Positions 26,264 through 36,700 of a stretch of DNA of 64,000 bases are shown here, piece by piece. How positions within the stretch are numbered: position 1 is the first letter of the stretch; each line of letters opens with the position of its first letter. The notes under the pieces were generated by a model. The model was not told the origin of the DNA and made no database searches. It saw only the letters and a list, made by a program, of their open reading frames with translations. Position numbers and translations under genes: made by a program. Source of the stretch: Planctomycetota bacterium (GTDB taxonomy: Bacteria; Planctomycetota; UBA11346); contig JBBREK010000001.1 in the NCBI GenBank assembly GCA_038203025.1, positions 6,165 to 70,164 on the forward strand, written 5' to 3'.

Positions 26264-27163
26264 GTGACCGGTGAACTGCGCAACAGACTGATTTTCGGGG
26301 CGTTTCTTGCCCTCATCGTGTGCGGCCTGGTGGTCGTGGATGTGCTCAGCACCGGCCGCTGGGGTATCCTCGCCCTTGGTCTCCTGGCCGTGTTGCTGGG
26401 CGCGCGCGAGTTCACCCGCCTGGCGCGGGTGCACGCTGCCAGTGTGCGTCTGGCGCCGATGATCGTCGTCTCGCTGGCGCTGGTCGCCGAGGCGCATCTG
26501 CATGTGGGCGGCGCGCTCAGCGGACTGTGGCCCGAGACGACGATGCGTCTGGCGTCGGTGCCGCTGGTGCCGCTGCTGCTTGGTGCCGGACTGCTCTGGG
26601 CGACGCTGTCGCAAATGGCTTCGCGGGCGCCGACCGAGCGCTTCTTCGCCAACGTCGGCGGGTCGCTGTTCGGCATGATCTACCTCGGTTTATGCTTCAA
26701 CCTGCTTGAGCGCCTAGCCATCCTCGGCGAGGTGGGACAGCCGGAGCGGGGCATGCAGCTGGTCGCGTGCTTCCTGGTGGCGGTGAAGTGCGGCGACATC
26801 GCCGCCTTCGTTGGCGGCAAGACCTTCGGCCGGCACAAGATGTGCCCGGCGATCAGCCCGGGTAAGACCTGGGAGGGCTTCGCCTGCAGCTTCGTCGGTT
26901 CGGTCGGTGGCACATTGCTGGTCAGTGGATTGTTTGCGACCTGCCACGTTCCGGTCTTCGCCGGGTGGTGGCAGCCAGTGGTGTGGGGCGTGGTGCTTGG
27001 ACCGCTCGGCGCGGCCGGCGACCTGGCCGAGAGCTGCATGAAGCGCGAGGCGGCGATGAAAGACAGCGGCCGGGGTGCGCCCGGCTTCGGCGGCTACCTC
27101 GACCTGCTGGATGCCATCATTCTGGCGGCGCCGGTGGCCTTCCTGCTGGCGCTGGCGCTGTAG
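26264..27163 (+). CDS. cdsA: Phosphatidate cytidylyltransferase (CDP-diglyceride synthase).
   Basis: Has the SPGKTWEGF and GFGGYLDLLDA signatures and is polytopic. A GTG start at 26264 was chosen, and the start is uncertain. Confidence 0.7.
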   Translation: MTGELRNRLIFGAFLALIVCGLVVVDVLSTGRWGILALGLLAVLLGAREFTRLARVHAASVRLAPMIVVSLALVAEAHLHVGGALSGLWPETTMRLASVPLVPLLLGAGLLWATLSQMASRAPTERFFANVGGSLFGMIYLGLCFNLLERLAILGEVGQPERGMQLVACFLVAVKCGDIAAFVGGKTFGRHKMCPAISPGKTWEGFACSFVGSVGGTLLVSGLFATCHVPVFAGWWQPVVWGVVLGPLGAAGDLAESCMKREAAMKDSGRGAPGFGGYLDLLDAIILAAPVAFLLALAL

Positions 27164-27181
27164 CTGTAGCTGTAGCTGTAG
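27158..27181. repeat. (CTGTAG)4 tandem hexamer covering the cdsA stop, preceded by (GCGCTG)2. It gives four in-frame TAG codons.
   Basis: Read directly: gcgctg gcgctg tag ctgtag ctgtag ctgtag. Confidence 0.9.
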
Positions 27182-27229
27182 CGTCCACTGCGGCTGTTGT
27201 GCGCGCCATCTGGCGCTAGGCTCGACGGC

Positions 27230-28690
27230 ATGCGCGCCCTACCTCTGCTGCTGCTGCTTGTTGCCGTCGCCTGCTCCGCCGCCGAACCCGTGGGCAACAT
27301 CATCGATGCCCGCATCCAGCGCTTTGAACAGGCGGTGGAACGGGCCTTCAAGCCGGTGCAGACGCAGCTCGACGGCTGGCGGAGCAAGCGCGCCAAGTCG
27401 GCACGCAGCGAGATCACCGCCCTGCTACCGAAGGCCGGCCCGCGTGACCGCATCTTTATCGCCTACCAGCTGCTGGCGGTGGACCCTGGGCATCGCGCCG
27501 CGCGCGAGGTCTACACCCGTCTTGGTCTGACACCGCCCTTCGATGAGGACGGCAAAGCGGTCGTCGGCACCCGTGCCCCGGCTTGCGACGATCCCGCCAC
27601 CGTGGCCAAGGCGCTGGACCTGCGCTACCCGCCCTTCGATGAGGTGACCCACGCCGTCGACCTGCGTGGCAGCGTGGCGGCGCCGTTCTGGAAGAAGCTG
27701 GAGGCCGAGCTGACCAGCCTGCGCAAGGATCTGGCGAAGATCGCCACTGAGCGCGCCGCCGAGCAGGCGGCCAACGCGGTCTACCCGCTGCTCGCCTACT
27801 ATCAGCCGCGCTCTCCCGAGGTGCAGGCTTACTATGCCGCGGTCGGCAAGCCGCTGCCGGTCGGTCGGGCCTGGTTCAATCCGGTCGATGCCTGGCTGCT
27901 TGACCGCGAACTGGCCGGTCTCGACCCGCTGCGCGCCATTGGCAAGAATCCCGCGCCGCCGTGGTACGGCAGTGGTGGCGGCGAACTGCCGGCGGTGGTG
28001 CCCGGGGCGGCCGTTGAGGTCATCGCCCAGTGGCGCAGCGGCGCCCGCATCGAGCTGTCTGGCGCCAAGGGGACCGCGGTCGCGTGGACCTTCGCCAAGG
28101 GCACGCTCAGCATCCTGCCCGGTGGCCGCCGCGACGGGGCGGTGGAGACTCAGGTCGATGTCGATCTGTCGAGCGTGGCACTGCCGGTGCGCTGCATGGT
28201 GCGCGGGCGCCAGGCCAGTGTCGCCATCGGCGGCATTCCGGTGGCGGAGGTGCAGCTGCCGCAGGCGGTGGCGGTGAAGCGCTGGTCGGCCAACGGCATT
28301 GAACAGCCGCGCCTGCTGCGCGTGCGCTATCTCGCCGCCGCGCCCGAGCTCGACCTGCTCGGTGACACCGAGGTGGCGAGCAAGTCGCCAGCCAAGCCAC
28401 CGGCAGCGCCTGCCGCGCCGGAGTGGATGGACGAGCGTAGCCGAGCGCTGCTCAAGCCGGTGACCTGCAGCTTCGCCGACGAGCGGGTCGACGAGATCGT
28501 CGCCGCCCTCTCGACCATCACCGGCACGCCGTTCCGCCTTGCCTCGTCAGCCGAACCGCTCGCCGACCTGCCGGTGACGATGACGGCCAAGGACGTGCCG
28601 TTGCGCACCGCGCTGGAATGGCTGCATCGCCTCTCGGAACTGGAAGCCGTGCCGGATGAGCAGGGCTTCAGTCTGGAGTGGAAGCGGTAG
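27230..28690 (+). CDS. Secreted protein with a C-terminal STN-like (secretin/TonB N-terminal-like) domain; function unknown.
   Basis: Signal peptide MRALPLLLLLVAVACSAAEP. The C-terminus VTCSFADERVDEIVAALSTITGTPFRLAS...VPLRTALEWL resembles STN domains. Confidence 0.45.
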   Translation: MRALPLLLLLVAVACSAAEPVGNIIDARIQRFEQAVERAFKPVQTQLDGWRSKRAKSARSEITALLPKAGPRDRIFIAYQLLAVDPGHRAAREVYTRLGLTPPFDEDGKAVVGTRAPACDDPATVAKALDLRYPPFDEVTHAVDLRGSVAAPFWKKLEAELTSLRKDLAKIATERAAEQAANAVYPLLAYYQPRSPEVQAYYAAVGKPLPVGRAWFNPVDAWLLDRELAGLDPLRAIGKNPAPPWYGSGGGELPAVVPGAAVEVIAQWRSGARIELSGAKGTAVAWTFAKGTLSILPGGRRDGAVETQVDVDLSSVALPVRCMVRGRQASVAIGGIPVAEVQLPQAVAVKRWSANGIEQPRLLRVRYLAAAPELDLLGDTEVASKSPAKPPAAPAAPEWMDERSRALLKPVTCSFADERVDEIVAALSTITGTPFRLASSAEPLADLPVTMTAKDVPLRTALEWLHRLSELEAVPDEQGFSLEWKR

Positions 28691-28787
28691 GGAACGACCG
28701 GAACCGCTGGGTCGGGCAGGACCGCGGGCTTCAGTCCGCGAGCGGATCCCGACGCGGGCTGAAGCCCACGGTCCTGGTCGGTCCTGG

Positions 28788-30536
28788 TCAGCCCATTGCT
28801 TCCAGCCATTGCGCTTCGCTTGTCTCCAGCTCAGCGATGACCACGGCGAGGCGCTGGCCCTGGGTGGCGTCGTAGGTGTGGCCCAGCGAGGCTTCCAGCC
28901 CGGTCTTCTCAGCGGTCAATTCAGCGACGCGCTTCTCCAGCCGTTCAGCCAGGCGCTGCTTCGCCTTGTCCGGCGGCTTGGCGATGGTCTGGGTCTTCGG
29001 CTTCTCCTTCGCCTTCGGCGCTGGCGCCTGGCCGTCGCTTTCGGCCTCCAGCTGTGCGAGGTATTCACCGTAGCCGCCAGGGAACAGGCTGAAGGTGCCA
29101 TTGCCCACTTCGATCAGCCTGGTCGCCACGCGGTCGGTGAACGAACGGTCGTGGCTGGTGAACAGCACGGTGCCGGGGAAGGCGACCAGCGCGTCGGCCA
29201 ACGCCTCCACCGTTTCGACGTCGAGATGGTTGGTCGGCTCATCGAGCAGCAGCACGTCGTACCTGCCAAGCAGCAGGCCGCCCAGGCACAGTCGCGCGCG
29301 CTCGCCGCCGGATAGTATGCCGACCCGCTTCTTCAGGTCGTCGGGGCGGAAGAGCAGGGCGCCGGCCAGGTCGAGGACCTCTTGGCGCGGCGGGTTCTGT
29401 CCCGGCGCCTCGCGGGCGCAGCGGAACAGATGATCCTCGGCGATCATGTCGGCGCTGAAGGCGGTGTAGACGTCCTGGGCGTAGAGCGCCACGCGCAGTC
29501 CGGTGGCCCAGCGGAAGGTGCCCGCGATCGGCGTCAGCTGCCCGGCCAGGGTGCGCAGCACGGTGGTCTTGCCCTGGCCATTGTCGCCGAGCACGGCGCA
29601 GCGGAAACCGCGGTCGAGATCGACGTGGTCGCAGGTGGCGACAGTGCGGCTGCCGTAGCCGACCGCCAGGGCGTCACACTGCAGCGCCCAGCCCTTGCGC
29701 GTCTCGCAGGCCGGGATGCGGATGCGCGGATCGGGGTCGTCGCTCTCGATGTCGAGGAACTGGCCCTGCAGCTTTTCCAGCTCCTTGGCCTTGGACGAGG
29801 CGCGCGTCGCGGTGCTGGCGCGGGCCTTGTTGCGGGCGACGAAGTCCTCCAGCTGGCGGCTTTTGGCGGCGAGGTTGGCATTGGTCGCGGCGTCGGCGGC
29901 GCGGCGTTCGGTCTTGGCGGTTAGCCAGGCCTGCACCCGGCCGGGGAAGCGGCTGATGCGACCGCCCGCCACTTCGATGGTCTGCGGGCAGGTGCGTTCG
30001 AGGAAGCCACGGTCGTGCGAGACGATCAGCCAGCCGCCACGGAAGCCGGCAAGGAAGCGCTCCAGCAGCATGAGCGTGCGCAGGTCAAGGTAGTTGGTCG
30101 GTTCGTCGAGCACCAGCAGATCGGGCTCACGCAGCAGCATGGCGCACAGGCGCAGGCGGGTCTGCCAGCCGCCCGACAGCGACTCGGCCGGCAGGTCGAG
30201 CGTGTCGTTGAAAACGTGGAAGTCGGCGGCGAGCTGGGCGCAGGCCCAGTCGGCCTGGCCGGTGACGCGTTCGAGGTAGGCCAGGGCGGTCTCGCTGGCC
30301 TCGAAACGCTCATCCTGGCGCAGCCAGGCGATGCGGGCGTGGTCGCGGATGATGACCTTGCCGGCATCGAGTTCCTCCTGGCCGAGCAGCAGGCGCAGCA
30401 GGGTCGACTTGCCGCAGCCGTTTCGCCCGATCACGGCGATGCGGTCACGCTCGTCGATCTCCAGGTCGGCCCCGTCGAGGATGTCCTTGGACCCGTAGGC
30501 CTTGTGCAGGTCGAGTGCTTTGAGGATCCAGCTCAT
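28788..30536 (-). CDS. ABC-F family ATPase (tandem ABC domains, no transmembrane domain).
   Basis: Two Walker A motifs (GRNGCGKST, GDNGQGKTT) and two LSGG signatures, separated by a charged linker. Confidence 0.85.
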   Translation of the reverse strand: MSWILKALDLHKAYGSKDILDGADLEIDERDRIAVIGRNGCGKSTLLRLLLGQEELDAGKVIIRDHARIAWLRQDERFEASETALAYLERVTGQADWACAQLAADFHVFNDTLDLPAESLSGGWQTRLRLCAMLLREPDLLVLDEPTNYLDLRTLMLLERFLAGFRGGWLIVSHDRGFLERTCPQTIEVAGGRISRFPGRVQAWLTAKTERRAADAATNANLAAKSRQLEDFVARNKARASTATRASSKAKELEKLQGQFLDIESDDPDPRIRIPACETRKGWALQCDALAVGYGSRTVATCDHVDLDRGFRCAVLGDNGQGKTTVLRTLAGQLTPIAGTFRWATGLRVALYAQDVYTAFSADMIAEDHLFRCAREAPGQNPPRQEVLDLAGALLFRPDDLKKRVGILSGGERARLCLGGLLLGRYDVLLLDEPTNHLDVETVEALADALVAFPGTVLFTSHDRSFTDRVATRLIEVGNGTFSLFPGGYGEYLAQLEAESDGQAPAPKAKEKPKTQTIAKPPDKAKQRLAERLEKRVAELTAEKTGLEASLGHTYDATQGQRLAVVIAELETSEAQWLEAMG

Positions 30537-30590
30537 GCGGGGGGAAGACGTACAGGGGGTTCGGCGGCACGCCAGCCATGGGAAGGCAAA

Positions 30591-30632
30591 GGCGGAAGGC
30601 GGAAGGCGGAAGGCGGAAGGAGGAAGGCGGAT
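30591..30632. repeat. (GGCGGAA)4-6 heptanucleotide tandem repeat in the ABC-F/ndvB divergent promoter. A complementary CCTTCCGCCTTCCG lies 50 nt downstream at 30685..30698.
   Basis: Read directly. Confidence 0.9.
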
Positions 30633-30797
30633 AGAGTTGCTGCGCGCACGACTCCGATTGGGCGCTTGTGGTCATTTCTTCTCCCTTCCGCCTTCCGTCT
30701 ATGGGGGGGAATGACTGATTGTAGCCACGTGGAAAATCCCGATGATTTTACTACCTGTTGCACCTTCGTGCAGGAGACCGGACCAGGAGACGTCGAC

Positions 30798-33700
30798 ATG
30801 ACCTCAGCCCCGCGCGCCTCGATCCCTGCCAGCCTCCCCGTCGAGGTGGTCAGTGGAGATGCGCTGTTGCGGGCCGAGATCTACAGCGTCGAGCAGATGG
30901 AGGGCCACGCCCGCCGCCTGGCGACCTGGCACCGGGTCGACCGCGGGGGCTGGGGCAGTCCGCTGCTCGACCGTCTCGGCGCCAACCGCGTCGCCCTCGT
31001 CCAGGTCATCGACCGGCTGCGCGCCGCCCCCGACCGCGCCCTGGTCCCGGCTGCCGACTGGCTGCTCGACAATCAGTACCTCATTCTCGACCAGATCACC
31101 ACCGTCCGCACCCACCTGCCGCGCGGCTACAGCCGCGAGCTGCCGCGCCTGACAGTGGGCGATCCGACCGGCATGCCGCGGGTTTACGGCCTCGCCCTAG
31201 AGTACATCGCGCACGGCGATGCGCACGTCGATGCTGAGGGCATCGGGCGTTTCGTCGGCGCCTACCAGGAGTCGGTCAGCCTGACCATGGGCGAGCTGTG
31301 GGCAGTGCCGATCATGCTGCGCCTGGCGCTGATCGAGAACCTGCGCCGCATCGCCACCCGGGTGGATACGGCCCAGTGCCGGCGCGAGTCGGCGGCGGCC
31401 TGGGCGGTGCGCTTCGTACAGGCCGCCGAGCTGAACCCCAGTTCGCTGGTCGTCGCCATCGCCGACCTGGCCAAAGAGAGCAAGCTCGAACCGGCCTTCG
31501 TCGGCGAGCTACAGCGCCGATTGCTCGGCCAGCATCCGGGAGTCGGACTGGTTCTGCAGTGGCTGGAGCAGCGCCTCGGCGAGCGTCGCCAGACGGTCGC
31601 TGACCAGGTGCGCCTCGATCACCAGGACCAGGCCGCCGATCGCATCGCCGTGGCCAACGCCATCACCAGCCTGCGTGGCATGGGGGCGATCGACTGGAAG
31701 GAGTTCGTCGAGCGCATCAGCGCAGTTGAGGCGGTATTGCGCGAGGATCCGACGGGGATCTACGAGGCGATGGATTTCGCCTCGCGCGACCTCTACCGTC
31801 ACGAGGTCGAGCAGATCGCTCGCCGTTGCCGGGCCGAGGGGGCCGAGGCGCAGCAGGCGGTGGCGCGGGCGGCGATCTCGCTGGCCTCCGGTGCCAATGC
31901 CTCTGCCAGCACGGACCCTGACCGGCCGCCGCGCGGCCATGTCGGCTGGTGGCTGGTCGACGGCGGCCGCCGTGAGCTGGAGGAGCGCCTCGCCGGATCG
32001 TACGGACTGCGTCATCCGCGCGGTCACGGGCCGCGACCGCTGCGTACGTATCTCGTGCCCATCGTCCTGCTTACCGTGCTGGCCACTGCCGCCGCTGTGG
32101 TGGCCGCAGGCGGCCTGACGATGCCTGTCGGCCTGGCCATCTGCTTGGCCGTGCTGCTGCTGCCGCTGGCCTGCCAGGCGGGCAAGACGCTGATCGACTG
32201 GATGACCACCAGACTGGTGGCGCCGCGTCAACTGCCACGGCTCGATTTCGCCCAGGGCATCCCGGCGGAATGGCGCACCGTCGTGGCGGTGCCGACGCTG
32301 GTGCGCACGAGGCGCGACCTCGACAGCGTGGTCGAGGGCCTGGAGGTGCGCGCCCTGGCCAACGAGGACGATCATCTCGTCTTCGTGCTGCTCAGCGATT
32401 TCGGTGACGCCGCCGCCAAGGAGCAGCCCGGCGATGCAATCGTGCTGCAGCACGCGGCCACCGTGCTGACCGCGCTCAACGATCGCCACCGGCGCGCTGA
32501 CGGCCGCGACCGTTTCCTGCTGCTGCATCGCGACCGCATGTGGAACCCGCGCGAGGGCGTGTGGATGGGGCAGGAACGCAAGCGCGGCAAGATCGAGGAT
32601 CTCAACCGCCTGCTTCTGCACGGCGATGTCGCCGCCTTTACCACCACGCTCGGCGATGTCGGGGTTCTGCAGGGGGCCAGGCTGGTGCTGGTGCTCGATA
32701 CCGACACCCGTCTGCCGCGCGATGCCGCCCGGCGCATGGCCGGGGCCATGGCCCATCCGCTGAACCGGCCGCGCCTGGATCCGGCGACCCGTACGGTGAG
32801 TGGCGGCCACGCCGTGCTGCAGCCGCGCGCTGCGGTGTCGATGAGCAGCAGCGGACGCTCGTGGTACGCCTCGCTGTGGGCCGGCGACGCCGGCATCGAT
32901 CCCTATACCCGCGCGGTCTCCGACGTTTACCAGGACCTCTTCGATCAGGGCTCGTTCGTCGGCAAAGGCATCTACGACCTGCGCGCCTTCTCGGCCTCAT
33001 TGGCCGACCGTTTCCCCGACAACGCCATCCTGTCGCACGACCTGATCGAGGGCAGCTACGCCCGCTCCGGCCTGCTCAGCGACGTGGTTGTGGTCGAAGA
33101 CCATCCGGCCACCTACCTCGCCGACATGGCGCGACGCATGCGCTGGGTGCGTGGCGACTGGCAGCTGCTGCCGTGGCTGCTGCCGCGTACGCCGACCGCC
33201 CGCGGCTGGGCACGCAATCAACTCAACGCCTTGGCGCGCTGGAAACTGATCGATAATCTGCGCCGCAGTCTGGTGGCTCCGGCCAGTCTCGCCGCGTTGC
33301 TGTTGGCGTGGACCTGCCTGCCGGCGGCCGGCGCGATCGCCATCGCCCTGGTGGTCGCGGCGGTGACGGCGCTGCCGGTGGTGCTGTCAGCCGCCAGCGG
33401 ACTGTCCGGTGATAACCGCCTGCGCGTCCGGCTCGGCCTGGTGGTCTCTGGTGGCATGCGCGGCCTGGCCGCCGGCCTCGCCGGCATCGCCTTCCTGCCA
33501 TTCGAGGCTGCCCGCACCATCGACGCCGTGCTGCGCACCCTGTGGCGACTGGTCATATCACGCCGGCATCTGCTGCGCTGGCAGACTGCCAGCGATGCCG
33601 AACGGCTCGCTGCCACCGGCCTGGCCGGCATCTCCGGCGCGATGGCGGTGGCCCCGTTGCTTGGTTTCACCGTGGCGCTACTCGCCCTGTTGCGGCCCGG

Positions 33701-36700
33701 ACTGGCGCCGGCTGTGCTGCCCTTTGCCGTGTTGTGGTTGGCCGCTCCGGTGCTCGCCTGGCTGCTGTCACGTCGACCTGCCGTCGCTGCCCAGGCTCGA
33801 TTGGGTGAGGGCGATCGCAGCTATCTGCTGCGCACCGCCAGACGTACCTGGCAGTACTTCGCCGATCTGGTCAACGAATCCGGTCGCTGGCTGCCGCCGG
33901 ACAATCTGCAGATGCAGCCCCGCCGTGTGGTCGCCGGCCGCACCTCGCCGACCAACATCGGCCTTGCCCTGCTCGCCGATCTCACGGCCCACGATTTTGG
34001 CTGGCTCGGCAGCCGGGCGCTGCTCGACCGCGTCGGGCGCGAACTGGACTCGATCGAATCGCTGGAGCGCTGTCGTGGACATCTGCTCAACTGGTACGAC
34101 ACCGCTACCGGCGAGGCGATGCATCCACGCTACGTCTCCACCGTCGATAGCGGCAACCTGGCCGGGCACCTGCTGATCCTCGCTGCCGGCCTGCGCGAAC
34201 TGGCCGGCAGCAAGGTCGATCGCGTCGCGCGGCTGCGCGGCTGCGTCGTCACGGTCGAGTTGGCCGCCGAGGCCATGCCGGCCCAGCGCGACGAACTCAC
34301 CGCCCTCGCCGTCCGGTTGCGCGCCGCTGAGGCTGCGTTGCCGATCGACGAGGCCGTTGTCCTGCTGACCCGTCTTGCCGCTTCCAGCGACGGCGACGGC
34401 CGGACCTGGGCCTCGGCCGCCGCCGCCGAGCTGACCACGCACCGTGATGAGCTGGCCGTGCTGGCGCCTGGCGCCGAGGTGCTGGAACTGCGGCGGATCG
34501 CCGCCGGCCAGGGGCCGGGGGCAGCCTGCGCGGCTGACCTGATCGCCGATGCCGAGCGCCTCGCTGCCCGCGCCCAGACCTTCGCCCTGGGCATGGAATG
34601 GGCATTCTTGCTCGATTTGGGCAGCAAGCTGTTCAGCACCGGCTACCACCTCGACGCGGCGCGCCTCGACCGCAGCGGCTACGACCTGTTGGCCAGCGAG
34701 AGCCGGCTGACCTCGTATGTCGCGGTGGCGGGCGGACGCGTCGATCAGGAGCACTGGTTCCGCCTTGGTCGCCTGCTCGTGCGCACGCCGTCCGGCCCGG
34801 TACTGGCGTCGTGGAGCGGCACGATGTTCGAGTACCTCATGCCCCTGCTGGTGATGCCCGAGGAGCCGGGCAGCCTGCTGCACGCCTCGGCGGAGACGGC
34901 GGTGGCCGAGCAGATCCGCCACGGCGATGCCCTTGGCATCCCCTGGGGCATCACCGAGTCGGCCTACTACGCCACCGATGCCGCCCTCAACTGGCAGTAC
35001 CGCGCTTTCGGCGTGCCCGGCCTCGGACTCAACCGCAGCCTCGCCGACGATCCGGTGGTGGCGCCCTACGCCTCGGCCCTCGCCCTGCTGATCGCACCAC
35101 TGGCGGCGCTGCGCAACCTGCGCCGTCTTGATGGTCTCGGCGCCTGCGGCCTCTACGGCTTCTACGAGGCGGTCGATTTCACCACTTCGCGTATGCCTAC
35201 TGGCGAGCAGTATGTGGTCATCCCCTCGTGGATGGCTCACCATCAGGGCATGAGCCTGCTGGCCTGCGGCCACGTCCTGCTCGGCGCGCCGATGCACCGC
35301 CGCTTCCTCGCTGACCGGCGCCTGCAGGCCCATCAGTTGCTGCTGCAGGAACGTCCGGTGGTCGGCGGCGACATCAACGTGTTACGTCCAGTCGACGGCC
35401 CGGCGCAGCGCGCCGAGATCGACACCAGTCTCAACGTCATCATCGATCCGGCCGCCGGCCCGCCGCAGGTACAGCTGCTCTCGAATGGCCGCTACCACGT
35501 CATGGTCACGGCCGCCGGCGGTGGCTACAGCCGCTGGGGCGACATCGCCCTGACCCGCTGGCGCGAGGACGCCACCCGCGACCACTGGGGTCAGGCCTGC
35601 TACCTGCGCGACACCGAGTCGAAGGCGGTGTGGACGGCGACCTGCCAGCCGCTCGGCGGGCTGCCCAAGGGCCACGAGGCGGTGTTCACCCAGGCCCGCG
35701 CAGAGTTCCGCCGCATCGACGGCGAGATCGCCTCGCACCTGGAGATTGCGGTGTCGTCCGAGGACGACGTCGAGCTGCGCCGCCTGACCCTGGCCAATCG
35801 CGGCGAGCGCGTCCGTCACATCGAGATCACCACCTGCGCCGAGCCCGTGCTGGCGCCGGTTGGCGCTGACATGGCGCATCCCGCCTTCTCCAAGCTCTCG
35901 GTGCAGACCGAGGCGGCGCCCGAGCACGACGCGGTGCTCGCCACTCGACGGCCGCGCCAGGACGGCGAGGCTCGGGTGTGGCTGGCCCACGCCCTGGTGG
36001 CACGTAGCGGCGGTGGCAACCTGAGCTGGGAGACCGACCGCGAGCGCTTCCTCGGCCGCACCCGCACCCAGGCCGATCCCCAGGCTCTCGACGGCGCGGC
36101 GCGGGCGCTGAGCGGCACGGTCGGCGCGGTCATCGATCCGGTGTTGGCGCTGCGCCGGACGGTCAGCATCCCGCCCGGCAGCCACGTCGTCATCGACCTG
36201 ATCGCTGCCGTCGCCTCGTCGCGCGCCGAGGCCTTGGCGCTGTGCGACCGCTATCGCGACGTCAATCTCGCCAGTCGCGCCTACGAGCTGTCGCAGACGC
36301 ATGGCCAGGTGGTGCTCGCCCAGCTCGGCGCCACCGACGTCGATGCCCAGGTCTTCGCCCGTCTGGCCGGCGCCCTGGTCTTCGCCGGGGCGTCGCGTCG
36401 CGCCTCTGATGTCGCCATCCGCCGCAACCTCGCGCAGCGATCGAGTCTGTGGCGCTTCGGCATCTCCGGCGACCTCCCCATCTGCCTGGTACGGGTCGCC
36501 GACAGCCACCGCATCGACCTGCTGCGGCAGCTGCTGCGCGCTCACGCCTGGTGGCGGGTCAAGGGCTTGGCAGTCGACCTAGTGGTGCTGATCGAGGATC
36601 CCTCGGTGTACCGCCAGGAGGTCTCCGACCTGGTCCTGGGTGTGATCGCATCCAGCCCCGATGCCGGATTTGTCGACCGCTCCGGTGGCGTGTTCGTCCG

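Noticed and set aside
28700-28790. A GGGCTTCAG/CTGAAGCCC inverted repeat between the secreted-protein and ABC-F gene ends, considered as a possible third REP copy.
   Set aside because: It shares only the GGCTTCAG core with the twin-hairpin element and lacks hairpin 1. It was treated as an ordinary convergent terminator.
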